Shown: in pieces, positions 10,261 through 19,067 of the stretch
How the letters are laid out: each line of letters begins with the position of its first letter
Position numbering within the stretch: the stretch's first letter is position 1
NCBI GenBank assembly: GCA_043821615.1
Contig: JBDRCS010000011.1
Location: 1-39,868, forward strand
Direction of reading: 5' to 3'
DNA length: 39,868 nt
DNA from: Patescibacteria group bacterium
Lineage (GTDB): Bacteria; Patescibacteriota; Patescibacteriia; UBA9570; JAHJKD01
Position numbers and translations under genes: made by a program
The notes under the pieces: model-generated
Told to the model about the DNA's origin: nothing
Database searches by the model: none
Seen by the model: only the letters and a program-made list of their open reading frames with translations

Positions 10261-10770
10261 TTACTCTAAATGCCGCAAGGAATCAACTATTTGTTTTAAA
10301 TTATGAAGAAAAAAATACTCTTTTGGATTGGTTTCCTGAGGATATTTATTTTTAAGGGCATCAATGCCCTGGGAAAGGTTTAAAATTATTTGCTGGACCT
10401 GTTCCTGATATCCTTCTGTTCTTGGATCAAGGCGTTCTGTAATTGCATCATATATCTGCTGCCTTAACCTAGTCTCAAAAAATAGTTCTTTCAATTGATT
10501 TATCGTCCTTAAGCGGGCTATATCCAGAATCTGGTTTCTTGTTTCAACCGGCATATTACTGCCATTGCCCTTTTTAGCATCCTTAATAAAAGGTTCCATA
10601 GATTCCATTAACTTTAAAACTATTGAATATTTTTCAATTAAATCATCCTTCCCATCTCCTATCTCGGGAAGATCTTCCTCTAAACTTCCTGTAAGATCTA
10701 AATCAGTCTCATCTTCATCAGGTTTATATATGGGAGAGCCTAAATCAATAGGTTCTCTTCTTTTTGGCAT
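10261..10770 (-). CDS. Hypothetical protein
   Basis: 169-aa ORF tightly packed between corA and cysS on the same strand. Confidence 0.7.
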   Translation of the reverse strand: MPKRREPIDLGSPIYKPDEDETDLDLTGSLEEDLPEIGDGKDDLIEKYSIVLKLMESMEPFIKDAKKGNGSNMPVETRNQILDIARLRTINQLKELFFETRLRQQIYDAITERLDPRTEGYQEQVQQIILNLSQGIDALKNKYPQETNPKEYFFLHNLKQIVDSLRHLE

Positions 10771-10775
10771 ATATT

Positions 10776-11705
10776 TTATTTAGTCCAATGCTTTTTCCAA
10801 ATAAATATCAGAGTTAGTATTGATCCAAGTATTGTGATTCCCAATATCATCCAAAATCCATTCGGGTGGGCGGCCAAAGGCATAAATCTTGCATTCGTGC
10901 CAAATAGCGAAGTAATAACCGTGGCTGGCAGCAATACCACGGAAAAAATTGTAAGAACCTTCATTACATCGTTCAGGCGGAAAGATATTAATGATTCATT
11001 AGTTTCTTGCATAGATTCAATCGATTCCTTAAAGCTTTCAAGCTGATCCCAGATTTCCTTGGTATAATCAATCAGGTCGTCGTAATAGTCATGATATTTT
11101 TCAGCAATCACAAAATCAGCCGGACCTTTTTTAACCAGTCTTTCCAAAGTGGCCTGATGGGCGTCCATAATTTTTCTAAAGTCAGTAATATTTCTTCTGA
11201 TCTCCATGATTTGTTTTACCATCTCTTTTTCCTTACCGGTAAAAATCTGCTTTTTAATAGTAGTAATATCCAAAGAAATATGATCCATCATGGGATAAAC
11301 ATAAAGATGAAGCTTTTTTAAAATATTATAAAGCAACATTGGTGGAGAATCGCCGAAATTTGTTTCTCTGGCCTGCTCATTAGCTTGTGCCAGCTGAGAA
11401 AGGTCTACCAAAGGAGGCAGATCACCTTTGTGAATTGAAATCAAAAAGTCTTTTCCAATAAAGAAATCCACTTCCGAAGCGTCAATTTCCTTGGTTGTAC
11501 GGTTATAAACGGGGAACATTAAAATTAAAAAAGCATAATCGTTATATCTGTCGATTTTACTTCTTTGGGTGGGATAGAGCACATCTTCAAGATCCAGGGG
11601 GTGAAAATTGTACTTTTCCCGAAGATATTGAATTGCTTCTTTATCCGGGTTTAATATGTCTACCCAGGTAAAACCATTGTGTTTGATTTCTTTTATTGTA
11701 TTCAT
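10776..11705 (-). CDS. corA: CorA family divalent cation transporter
   Basis: FHPLDLED, QRSKID, LNDVMKVLTIFS, two C-terminal TMs; signature reads GTN. Confidence 0.92.
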   Translation of the reverse strand: MNTIKEIKHNGFTWVDILNPDKEAIQYLREKYNFHPLDLEDVLYPTQRSKIDRYNDYAFLILMFPVYNRTTKEIDASEVDFFIGKDFLISIHKGDLPPLVDLSQLAQANEQARETNFGDSPPMLLYNILKKLHLYVYPMMDHISLDITTIKKQIFTGKEKEMVKQIMEIRRNITDFRKIMDAHQATLERLVKKGPADFVIAEKYHDYYDDLIDYTKEIWDQLESFKESIESMQETNESLISFRLNDVMKVLTIFSVVLLPATVITSLFGTNARFMPLAAHPNGFWMILGITILGSILTLIFIWKKHWTK

Positions 11706-11714
11706 AGTACATAT

Positions 11715-11743
11715 ATTGTATCATAAAATTAGACTTTCGTCAA
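11715..11743 (-). promoter_or_regulatory. sigma70-type promoter of the corA-hyp-cysS-eamA unit
   Basis: Minus strand TTGACG-17 bp-TACAAT with extended TG, 9 nt before the ATG. Confidence 0.7.
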
Positions 11744-11816
11744 ATTGATTGCTTGTTATTTTTTTAAGAAAATGGTATATTTTATTCGTTAAAATTTTTT
11801 TATTCCTCAAAAATAA

Positions 11817-12371
11817 ATGCCCAAACAAAAATTTTCAAAATTAACCAAACCTTCCCAGGAAACAGTCATGGGAGGGGTCAATAATATTAGTCCGGAAACA
11901 CCTTTACCGGAAAAACAACCATTAGGACCGGAAAAATTAGAAACACCGCAACCAGTCGAACAAGCAGAAAAAGTAGAAACACTCCAACCAAAGAAACAGG
12001 AAGAAGCCCCCTTACCAACCGGAAAAAAAGCCGTTTCCAATAAGGATGACGTAGTTTCGAAAGAAAAAACCCAAACCCGAAAAAAAATTGAGGCTATCAT
12101 GCAGGAAGATGTTCGCGAGCTTTATCAGTCCATGAATGCTGAAGAACAGGAAAAGTTCAGGGACAAGGGGATGGAAGTAGGTAATAAGATAGAAATTCTA
12201 ATTACTACTTTCAAGGCAAAAGCGAGAAATTTATTGAAATTGTTAATGGGCTGGTTGTTGCTGGTTCCGAAAGCAAACAAATATTATTTGGAACAGGAAG
12301 CCAAGAAAAAAACTGAAGAATTAATTGAGCTGGCCCTGGAAGAAAAACAAAAAAATAAATTAAAAAAATAA
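11817..12371 (+). CDS. Hypothetical protein
   Basis: 184 aa; Pro/Glu-rich N-terminus, helical C-terminus (WLLLVPKANKYYLEQEAKKK). Confidence 0.8.
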   Translation: MPKQKFSKLTKPSQETVMGGVNNISPETPLPEKQPLGPEKLETPQPVEQAEKVETLQPKKQEEAPLPTGKKAVSNKDDVVSKEKTQTRKKIEAIMQEDVRELYQSMNAEEQEKFRDKGMEVGNKIEILITTFKAKARNLLKLLMGWLLLVPKANKYYLEQEAKKKTEELIELALEEKQKNKLKK

Positions 12372-12380
12372 AAATAAAAC

Positions 12381-14927
12381 ATGGAGGCCTTTTTATTCAT
12401 TCTTGAATCACCCGCATTTATTCTATTTGTAGGAATTTGCATTATATTTGGCTTTAGCCTCAGTGTTTTATTTATCTTGCGCACTATCACCAGGCGGCTG
12501 GTAAAAAAACCCGAAGCCTTTCATCGAAAATTATTGCTCATTAAGGTCCCCAAAGAAGAAGATACCCAAGGCCAGTCTGATAGCCCTTCATATCGCCGGG
12601 AAAGCATGCAGCAGCAGATTTCCATTGCCGACAGCATGTACGCCACTTTAGGCGGGCTTAAGCCGCAAAGAGGCTGGGATGTTTTTTGGTATGGACGCAA
12701 CGATCATTTATCTCTGGAAATTGTGACTGATGAAGAGCAAATGATAAGTTTTTACGCTTCCACGCCGCTTTATTTAATAAAATTGTTAGAACAGCAATTA
12801 CAAGCTCAATACGAAGACGCCACTATTGAAGAAGTTGATGAATATAATATTTTCAATCCCCAGGGGGAGGCTTTGGCCAGCAATTTAAAGCTTAGCAAGG
12901 AATATTTTTTTCCCATTACCACCTATGACAAAATGGAAACCGATCCACTTAATGCCCTTACCAACGCCATGTCCAAATTTGACAAAGGCGAGGGCGCAGC
13001 CATTCAAATCATTATTCGTTCGGCTGATGCCAGTTGGCATACTGTTCCTGCCAAGTTAGCCACTGTCATGCAGCAGGGCAAGAAATTTTATCAGGCCCGT
13101 CGTGAAGTACTGGGAAATCCCTTTTTAAAAAGTTGGCAATATTTTACCCGCGTTTTCTTAAAAAGAGAAGAAAAATATCAAAAGGGCTTGGATGTAAAGA
13201 CCGACAGGGAATACAGGCTTTCTCCCATGGAAGAGGAAATGGTTAAATCCTTTGAAGATAAAACTGCCCATGCCGGTTTTGATGTAAATATTAGAGTGGT
13301 TGCTTCATGCGCTAGCAAGGAAATTACTGAATTTAAATTAAACAATATTTTAAATGCTTTTGCACAATATTCCAGCCATGAATACGGCAATTCCTTCGAG
13401 GCCAGCTCTCCCAGCAAAGACAATGAACTTTTAGAAAACTTTATTTATCGGAATTTCAATCCCAAAAACAGTATGCTTCTGAACACCAAGGAAATGACCT
13501 CTATATTTCATTTGCCGTTATCAACTACGGAAACACCGAATATCAGATGGCTGATTGCCAAAAAGGCGCCACCGCCATTTAATATGCCAAAAGAAGGTAT
13601 TATCCTCGGCAATGTGGAATATCGCGGTAAAAAAACACCGGTCAGAATATACAGGGAAGATCGCAGGCGGCATGTTTATGTAGTTGGTAGATCCGGTTCC
13701 GGTAAATCTGTCTTGTTATCCGACATGGCTATTCAAGATATCCAAAATGGTGAAGGCGTGGGTGTTATTGATCCTCATGGCGACCTTATTGAAGATATCC
13801 TGCCTCACATTCCCAAAGAGCGGGCCGATGACGTGGTTATTTTCAATCCATCCGACATTGAAAGGCCACTGGGCTTGAATATGCTTGAATTTGACAGTAA
13901 TGAGCAAAAGGATTTCGCGGTTCAGGAAATGAACGCCATTTTCTATAAATTATTTGGTGCCGAAATGATCGGCCCCATGTTTGAGCATTACATGAGAAAT
14001 GCCATGCTCGCCCTGATGGACGACGAAGAATCAGGCGCTACCATTATTGAAGTTCCCAGAATGTTTACGGACAATAAGTTCAGGGCGGACAAGCTAAAAA
14101 ATGTCACCAACCCCATTGTCAGAAATTTTTGGGAACAGGAATATGAGCAGTCCCAGGCCGGCCAGCAAGCTGCGGACATGCTTTCCTATGTCATTTCAAA
14201 AATTGGTAGATTCCTTACCAATGACATGATGCGCAATATTGTGGGCCAGGCCAAGTCCGGCTTCAATTTCCGCGACATTATGGACAATCAGAAAATTATT
14301 CTCTGCAATCTCTGCAAAGGCACAGTCGGAGAAGTGAATAGCTCTTTATTGGGCTTGATTATGGTGTCCAAGATTCAGATGGCTGCCATGGCCAGAGCCA
14401 CCATGAAAAAAGAAGATCGCAAAGATTTTTACCTGTATATTGATGAGTTTCAAAACTATACGACAGATTCCATCGCCACTATCTTGTCTGAGGCCAGAAA
14501 ATATATGCTTGATCTAACTTTAGCTCACCAATACATTGGCCAGCTGGTCAAAGATAATGATACTTCAATCCGCGATGCTGTTTTTGGCAATGCCGGCACA
14601 ATCATCTCTTTCCGCGTAGGCGTAGAAGACGCTGAAACCCTAGCCAAGGAATTTGCCCCGGTTTTCAATGAAAATGATGTTATCAATGTGGAAAAGTATA
14701 CAGCCAATATCAAGCTATTAATCCAGAATACGGCCAGCCGCCCCTTTAATATGACCACCTTTATGCCTGATCCCGGAGATGAAAAAATCGCTAAAAATCT
14801 CAAGGAATTATCCAGGCTCAAATTTGGCAGGGATAGGGCAATTGTTGAGGCGGAAATCAAGGAAAGAAGCGCTATGGATCAGCTTGGCGGCGGCGCAGGA
14901 CTTGCCGGACCGGAAAGTTTCATATAA
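12381..14927 (+). CDS. Membrane-anchored VirD4/TraD/HerA-like P-loop ATPase
   Basis: N-terminal TM; RRRHVYVVGRSGSGKS Walker A, IDPHGDL, LYIDEFQN Walker B, LSEARKY..LAHQY..Q. Confidence 0.9.
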   Translation: MEAFLFILESPAFILFVGICIIFGFSLSVLFILRTITRRLVKKPEAFHRKLLLIKVPKEEDTQGQSDSPSYRRESMQQQISIADSMYATLGGLKPQRGWDVFWYGRNDHLSLEIVTDEEQMISFYASTPLYLIKLLEQQLQAQYEDATIEEVDEYNIFNPQGEALASNLKLSKEYFFPITTYDKMETDPLNALTNAMSKFDKGEGAAIQIIIRSADASWHTVPAKLATVMQQGKKFYQARREVLGNPFLKSWQYFTRVFLKREEKYQKGLDVKTDREYRLSPMEEEMVKSFEDKTAHAGFDVNIRVVASCASKEITEFKLNNILNAFAQYSSHEYGNSFEASSPSKDNELLENFIYRNFNPKNSMLLNTKEMTSIFHLPLSTTETPNIRWLIAKKAPPPFNMPKEGIILGNVEYRGKKTPVRIYREDRRRHVYVVGRSGSGKSVLLSDMAIQDIQNGEGVGVIDPHGDLIEDILPHIPKERADDVVIFNPSDIERPLGLNMLEFDSNEQKDFAVQEMNAIFYKLFGAEMIGPMFEHYMRNAMLALMDDEESGATIIEVPRMFTDNKFRADKLKNVTNPIVRNFWEQEYEQSQAGQQAADMLSYVISKIGRFLTNDMMRNIVGQAKSGFNFRDIMDNQKIILCNLCKGTVGEVNSSLLGLIMVSKIQMAAMARATMKKEDRKDFYLYIDEFQNYTTDSIATILSEARKYMLDLTLAHQYIGQLVKDNDTSIRDAVFGNAGTIISFRVGVEDAETLAKEFAPVFNENDVINVEKYTANIKLLIQNTASRPFNMTTFMPDPGDEKIAKNLKELSRLKFGRDRAIVEAEIKERSAMDQLGGGAGLAGPESFI

Positions 14928-14979
14928 AATACATATCCAATAATTAAAAACAAATAACTAAAAACTAAAAACCAAAAAA

Positions 14980-15642
14980 ATGACAGAAGAAAACACAAAT
15001 CAAATTAATGAATTACTGCAATCCATTGAAAATGCCCAGGCCAATTTATCCCGCGCCAAACAGCTAATAGGTGATTTGGGACCGGAGGAATTAGCAGAGG
15101 TTGCGGAAAAAGCCAGGGAAATAGGTTCTATTGATAAAAACAAGGGCCAGCAAATAATAGAAGGCGTCTTCAACGGCCAGAACATGGTGGGGCCGGACGG
15201 TGAAATATTCACCATTCCTGCCAACTATGCCTCCAAGTCAAAATTAGTAGAGGGCGATATTCTTAAATTAACCATTTCTTCAGACGGAACCTTTGTTTAC
15301 AAGCAAATTGGTCCGGTTGAAAGAAAGCGCCTTACCGGAGACCTGGTTAAAGATGAAGAATCCGGAGAATACAGGATGGTCGTCAACGGAAAGAGCTATA
15401 AATTAATTTTAGCCTCGGTTACATATTACAAAGGCGAGCCTGGTGATAAAGTAGTTGGTTTGGTGCCAAGCGATGATGGCTCCAAATGGGCAGCCGTGGA
15501 AAACATTATAAAGGAAGGCGAAGAAGGGAATTTTGAAGCTGGTCAGCCTCAATTATTAGAAGTTGGTGATGATGCTGAGCTAGAATCTGGTGATGATGCT
15601 GAGCTGGGAATCGGCGTAGATCTACAGCTTCCAAAAGAGTAA
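14980..15642 (+). CDS. Conserved hypothetical protein
   Basis: IEGVFNGQNM..PANYASKSKLVEGDILKL; acidic tail with a 24-bp-period duplication (GDDAEL x2, 15564-15605). Confidence 0.8.
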   Translation: MTEENTNQINELLQSIENAQANLSRAKQLIGDLGPEELAEVAEKAREIGSIDKNKGQQIIEGVFNGQNMVGPDGEIFTIPANYASKSKLVEGDILKLTISSDGTFVYKQIGPVERKRLTGDLVKDEESGEYRMVVNGKSYKLILASVTYYKGEPGDKVVGLVPSDDGSKWAAVENIIKEGEEGNFEAGQPQLLEVGDDAELESGDDAELGIGVDLQLPKE

Positions 15643-15666
15643 AATTTATACCCAAATTATCTATTT

Positions 15667-15694
15667 AGACCCTCTTGTCAAAGGGGGTCTTTTG
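15667..15694 (+). terminator. Intrinsic terminator overlapping a candidate dnaX promoter
   Basis: AGACCCTCTT-gtca-AAGGGGGTCT then TTTG; TTGTCA (15675)-17 bp-TAAGAT (15698). Confidence 0.6.
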
Positions 15695-15713
15695 TTATAA
15701 GATAAGTCTTACC

Positions 15714-17405
15714 ATGAGTGAAGCATTATATAGAAAATATAGACCCCAAACCTTTGCCGATGTGATGGGGCAAGACCATATCAAAACGGTCATTTTGAAT
15801 GAATTAAAAAGCGGAGATGTTCCGCACGCTTTTTTATTTACCGGACCCAGAGGTATTGGCAAGACCACGGTCGCCCGCCTAATCTCCAAAAGTCTAAATT
15901 GTGAGAATCCTCAAGCAGGCGAGCCATGTAATGTTTGTGAGGCTTGCGTGGCTATAAATTCAGGATCAGCCATGGATGTTATGGAAATTGACGCGGCTTC
16001 TCATACCGGCGTAGACAATGTCCGGGAAAACATCATAGAAAATTCCCGCGTTGCTCCCACTAATTTTAAAAATAAAGTTTTTATCATAGATGAGGTTCAC
16101 ATGCTTTCTGTTTCAGCTTTTAACGCCCTGCTAAAAACCCTGGAAGAGCCACCAGCCAATACTTATTTTATTCTGGCCACTACCGAGGCTCATAAAGTTC
16201 CGGCCACCATTATTTCCCGTTGCCAGCGATTTGATTATAAAAATGTTCCCATCAAGCAAATAGTTATTAAGCTGGAAAAAATTATTCAGGCAGAAAAAGC
16301 CAATGTCGATCTTGATGTTCTGGAGCAAATTGCCATTCATGCCCAGGGCGGAGCCCGGGATGCCGAGTCCCTGCTGGGCCAGATCCTTTCCCTGGATGAA
16401 GACCCGGTTACCAGGGAAGTGGCCGAACTGGTGATTCCCCGTTCCGACGTAAACATGGCCGCAGAATTATTTTTTGACCTTTTACAGAAGAATTCCAAAG
16501 ACGCCATTGAAAAAGTAAATAAATTAATTGAAGAGGGGGTAAGTCTTTCTAATTTTACCAATTTGGAAATCGAATTTCTGAGAAAAATAATGCTTTACAA
16601 GGTAAACCAAAAATTAGAAAATTTGGATTTCCTTGAACTGGACGATTCAAACAAGCAAAAGCTAATAACTTTGTTGGAGCAAACGAAAATAGACGAAATA
16701 ATTTCCATGTTGAATATTTTTATTGAAAAAATCGCTGATCTAAAAAATGCTGACATTCCTCAGCTTCCTTTGGAAATGGCTGTTGTTGAAATTTGTTTTA
16801 ATATTAAACCAGAAATATCACAACCAGAAGCAGTTTCTGCTCAGGCACCCAAACCACCAACCAATGACCAGAAACCAGAAACTAAAGCAGTAAAAAAAAA
16901 TTCTGTAAACCTTAAAACGCCGCCGCCTTTTATTTCGGTTAAGCCGGAACCAGTTAAAAGCAGCCAGACCGAACAATCAACCGAAAAAAAAGCGATGAAT
17001 TGTGAAGAGCTTGAGAAGGTAAAAAAAGTTTGGCCCGAAGTGATTGAAGAGTTGAAAAATAATAATCATTCCTTAGCCAATACGGTCCAGCTTTCTCACC
17101 TGGTTTGCCTGGAAGGGAATGCCCTGTCTCTGGGTCTTAAATATCAATTTCATTCGGACCGAATTTGCGAGCCTCAGAATCTCGAGACTTTGGAAAAAAT
17201 AATTGTTGATAAAACAAATATCAAAGTTAGGGTAAAGTGCATCCTCGGAGAAGAATTTGATATTACCAAAGATGTGATAAAAGCGGCAAAATCTGATAAT
17301 ATAGAAGTACCATCCGATGAAGAAGTCGGCAATGTCTGGGATCTGGCTAAGGACACTTTTGGAGATAATGTAGTCAACGCAAATAGTAATCCGCCTACGC
17401 AATAG
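15714..17405 (+). CDS. dnaX: DNA polymerase III subunit gamma/tau
   Basis: ALYRKYRPQTF, GPRGIGKTT, zinc Cys cluster, EIDAASHTGVD, IIDEVHMLS, SRCQRF; start set at ATG 15714. Confidence 0.97.
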   Translation: MSEALYRKYRPQTFADVMGQDHIKTVILNELKSGDVPHAFLFTGPRGIGKTTVARLISKSLNCENPQAGEPCNVCEACVAINSGSAMDVMEIDAASHTGVDNVRENIIENSRVAPTNFKNKVFIIDEVHMLSVSAFNALLKTLEEPPANTYFILATTEAHKVPATIISRCQRFDYKNVPIKQIVIKLEKIIQAEKANVDLDVLEQIAIHAQGGARDAESLLGQILSLDEDPVTREVAELVIPRSDVNMAAELFFDLLQKNSKDAIEKVNKLIEEGVSLSNFTNLEIEFLRKIMLYKVNQKLENLDFLELDDSNKQKLITLLEQTKIDEIISMLNIFIEKIADLKNADIPQLPLEMAVVEICFNIKPEISQPEAVSAQAPKPPTNDQKPETKAVKKNSVNLKTPPPFISVKPEPVKSSQTEQSTEKKAMNCEELEKVKKVWPEVIEELKNNNHSLANTVQLSHLVCLEGNALSLGLKYQFHSDRICEPQNLETLEKIIVDKTNIKVRVKCILGEEFDITKDVIKAAKSDNIEVPSDEEVGNVWDLAKDTFGDNVVNANSNPPTQ

Positions 17406-17419
17406 CTACGGCGAGATAT

Positions 17420-17550
17420 AATGGGGAGTCGCCATCCTTCTACGCCACTCGCTTACGCTCGGGCTTCGCAGGGATTAGCTCAGAATATTGAGCCCCAATT
17501 CCTTCGAAGCTCTAACGCAAGTTAGAGCGAAGTAGAATGGGGAGTCGCCA
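17420..17550 (+). repeat. 15-bp direct repeat of the tRNA-Gln 5' end flanking a ~100-bp hairpin-rich insert
   Basis: AATGGGGAGTCGCCA at 17420-17434 and 17536-17550; inner hairpins include GCTCTAAC-gcaa-GTTAGAGC. Confidence 0.75.
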
Positions 17551-17608
17551 AGTGGTAAGGCACACGGTTCTGGTCCGTGGATCGGGGGTTCGAATCCCTC
17601 CTCCCCAG
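17538..17608 (+). tRNA. tRNA-Gln(CUG)
   Basis: Acceptor TGGGGAG/CTCCCCA, anticodon arm CACGG-ttCTGgt-CCGTG, T-loop TTCGAAT; CCA not encoded. Confidence 0.95.
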
Positions 17609-17712
17609 CTAGTAAATCGGGGTTTTTACCCACCATAGCGAAGCGTAGGTGGGCAAGTCCCTGCCCCTGAGCAATTATTAGCCAATATTAGCAAAATAAA
17701 ATTATAATATCA

Positions 17713-17741
17713 TTGACTTTTTCTATAAAATATGCTAATTT
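17713..17741 (+). promoter_or_regulatory. Candidate sigma70 promoter for the DGR target gene
   Basis: TTGACT-17 bp-TAATTT with extended TG. Confidence 0.5.
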
Positions 17742-17960
17742 ATCCAATTAGCTCTTTTTATTTTATTGGTGTGTTTTTTTATTAGTAGCTCAAAGCATAA
17801 AAAAGCTTGTTTTTATGTTGCGAGCTGCGAGTGATCAGGCACACTTTAAACTTGGAAGCTGTTTCCAAGAAGGCGTGTTTGACTTCGTTTCGCAAAGCGA
17901 TAGGCCGTAACTCAAGCTCCTGTGAGCAAGACAGGCGGTAAATCGCAATCGGAGGTTACC

Positions 17961-18518
17961 ATGGCCCGTGAGAAGTCCGAGTACTTGAGCGCGTTCGGCA
18001 TCGCGTTCAGGATCTTCAAGGCCGTTGCCGACGCCGTGCTGCGCGCTGGCGGCAATGACGAGGCCCTGCGCCTCGCCGAGAAGCCCGAGGTCGCGGACAA
18101 GCTCGCCGCGGTCCTCATGGCCGAGGCGAGCCAGAAGGCCGAGAAGCCCCAGCCCGACCTGGACGGCCTCTCCGAGGTGTTCGAGGTGAAGGTCAGGGGG
18201 CGCACGGTGAAGTGCGCGTGGATCCCACGGAACTACTTCTCGTCCGACCCCACCAACCAGGAGGTGATGGACGAGACCAGCCGCCGCCACCTTCGCTGCC
18301 CCAGCCGAGAAATCGCTGTGGCGGCCTTCGACCTCAAGAAGAGGGAAATGGCCGCGAACCCCAGCGTGGCCATCGATGGCCTGGTTCAGACCGGCGCGGA
18401 CGGCAACCAGATCGTCGGCTGCGTCAATGAGCGCGCCATTGGCCGCGACCTCGACCTCGACGGTCTGCAGGGCTACTGGTATCGGAGCTACCGCTTCCTG
18501 GTGGTTGTCAGCGAGTAG
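17961..18518 (+). CDS. DGR target (variable) protein, 185 aa, C-terminal VR
   Basis: GGAGG RBS at 17951 precedes ATG 17961 (the track's GTG 17922 is less likely); the last 46 codons are the VR; strongly GC-rich codon usage. Confidence 0.92.
   Translation: MAREKSEYLSAFGIAFRIFKAVADAVLRAGGNDEALRLAEKPEVADKLAAVLMAEASQKAEKPQPDLDGLSEVFEVKVRGRTVKCAWIPRNYFSSDPTNQEVMDETSRRHLRCPSREIAVAAFDLKKREMAANPSVAIDGLVQTGADGNQIVGCVNERAIGRDLDLDGLQGYWYRSYRFLVVVSE
18378..18516 (+). repeat. DGR variable region (VR)
   Basis: 139-bp ungapped match to 18929-19067 with 13 mismatches, each opposite an A in the TR. Confidence 0.97.
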
Positions 18519-18536
18519 TTTGGCTCTTGGGCCATT

Positions 18537-18567
18537 GGGCACTTGGACCTTTTTGGTCCTGGTGTCC
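18537..18567 (+). other. Hairpin just downstream of VR (candidate DGR homing cis element)
   Basis: Core GGACC-ttttt-GGTCC (18545-18559), extendable to GGGCAC/GTGTCC. Confidence 0.55.
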
Positions 18568-18928
18568 CTTGACCCTTGGCCCTCAAGTTGGCACAAAAGG
18601 TTTCTGCGGTGATACCTTCACAAAACTCACCGCACATTTCCAAAAAATATAATTAGCTTTGTATTGTTTGGAAATGTATAATATAATAATACTTGGATAG
18701 TAAGCGAATCAGCCCATGGTTACGACCATGGACGGTTGAATTCTAAATTTATCAAAAAACGAGAATCCTTTATAAGCCATGGCTTAGAGGAGGGAGTTAT
18801 TGTTAAATTTTTAAACTAAAACTACTCGGTGCCTTATACTGGTGGATTATTATATCCCGAATAAAATACAGCGCGAAGATATCACTTCAACGCGCAGTGC
18901 CTTTGATGGTATTTTGCACTAAGGTTCA

Positions 18929-19067
18929 GGCCTGGTTCAGACCGACGCGAACGGCAACCAGATCGTCGGCTACGTCAATGAGAACGCCAATGGCCGCAAC
19001 CTCAACCTCAACGATCTGCAGGACAACTGGAATCGGAGCTACCGCTTCCTGGTGGTTGTCAGCGAGT
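18929..19067 (+). repeat. DGR template repeat (TR)
   Basis: Adenine-rich copy of the VR: 10 AAC/AAT codons and 34 adenines in the VR reading frame. Confidence 0.97.

Noticed and set aside
17468-17493. GCAGGGATTAGCTCAG..GAGC resembling a tRNA 5' half
   Set aside because: No contiguous anticodon and T arms follow; treated as part of the hairpin insert.
17835-18596. 253-aa minus-strand ORF over the DGR target
   Set aside because: Shadow ORF expected from GC-rich codon usage; the + strand ORF has the RBS and the codon-aligned VR.
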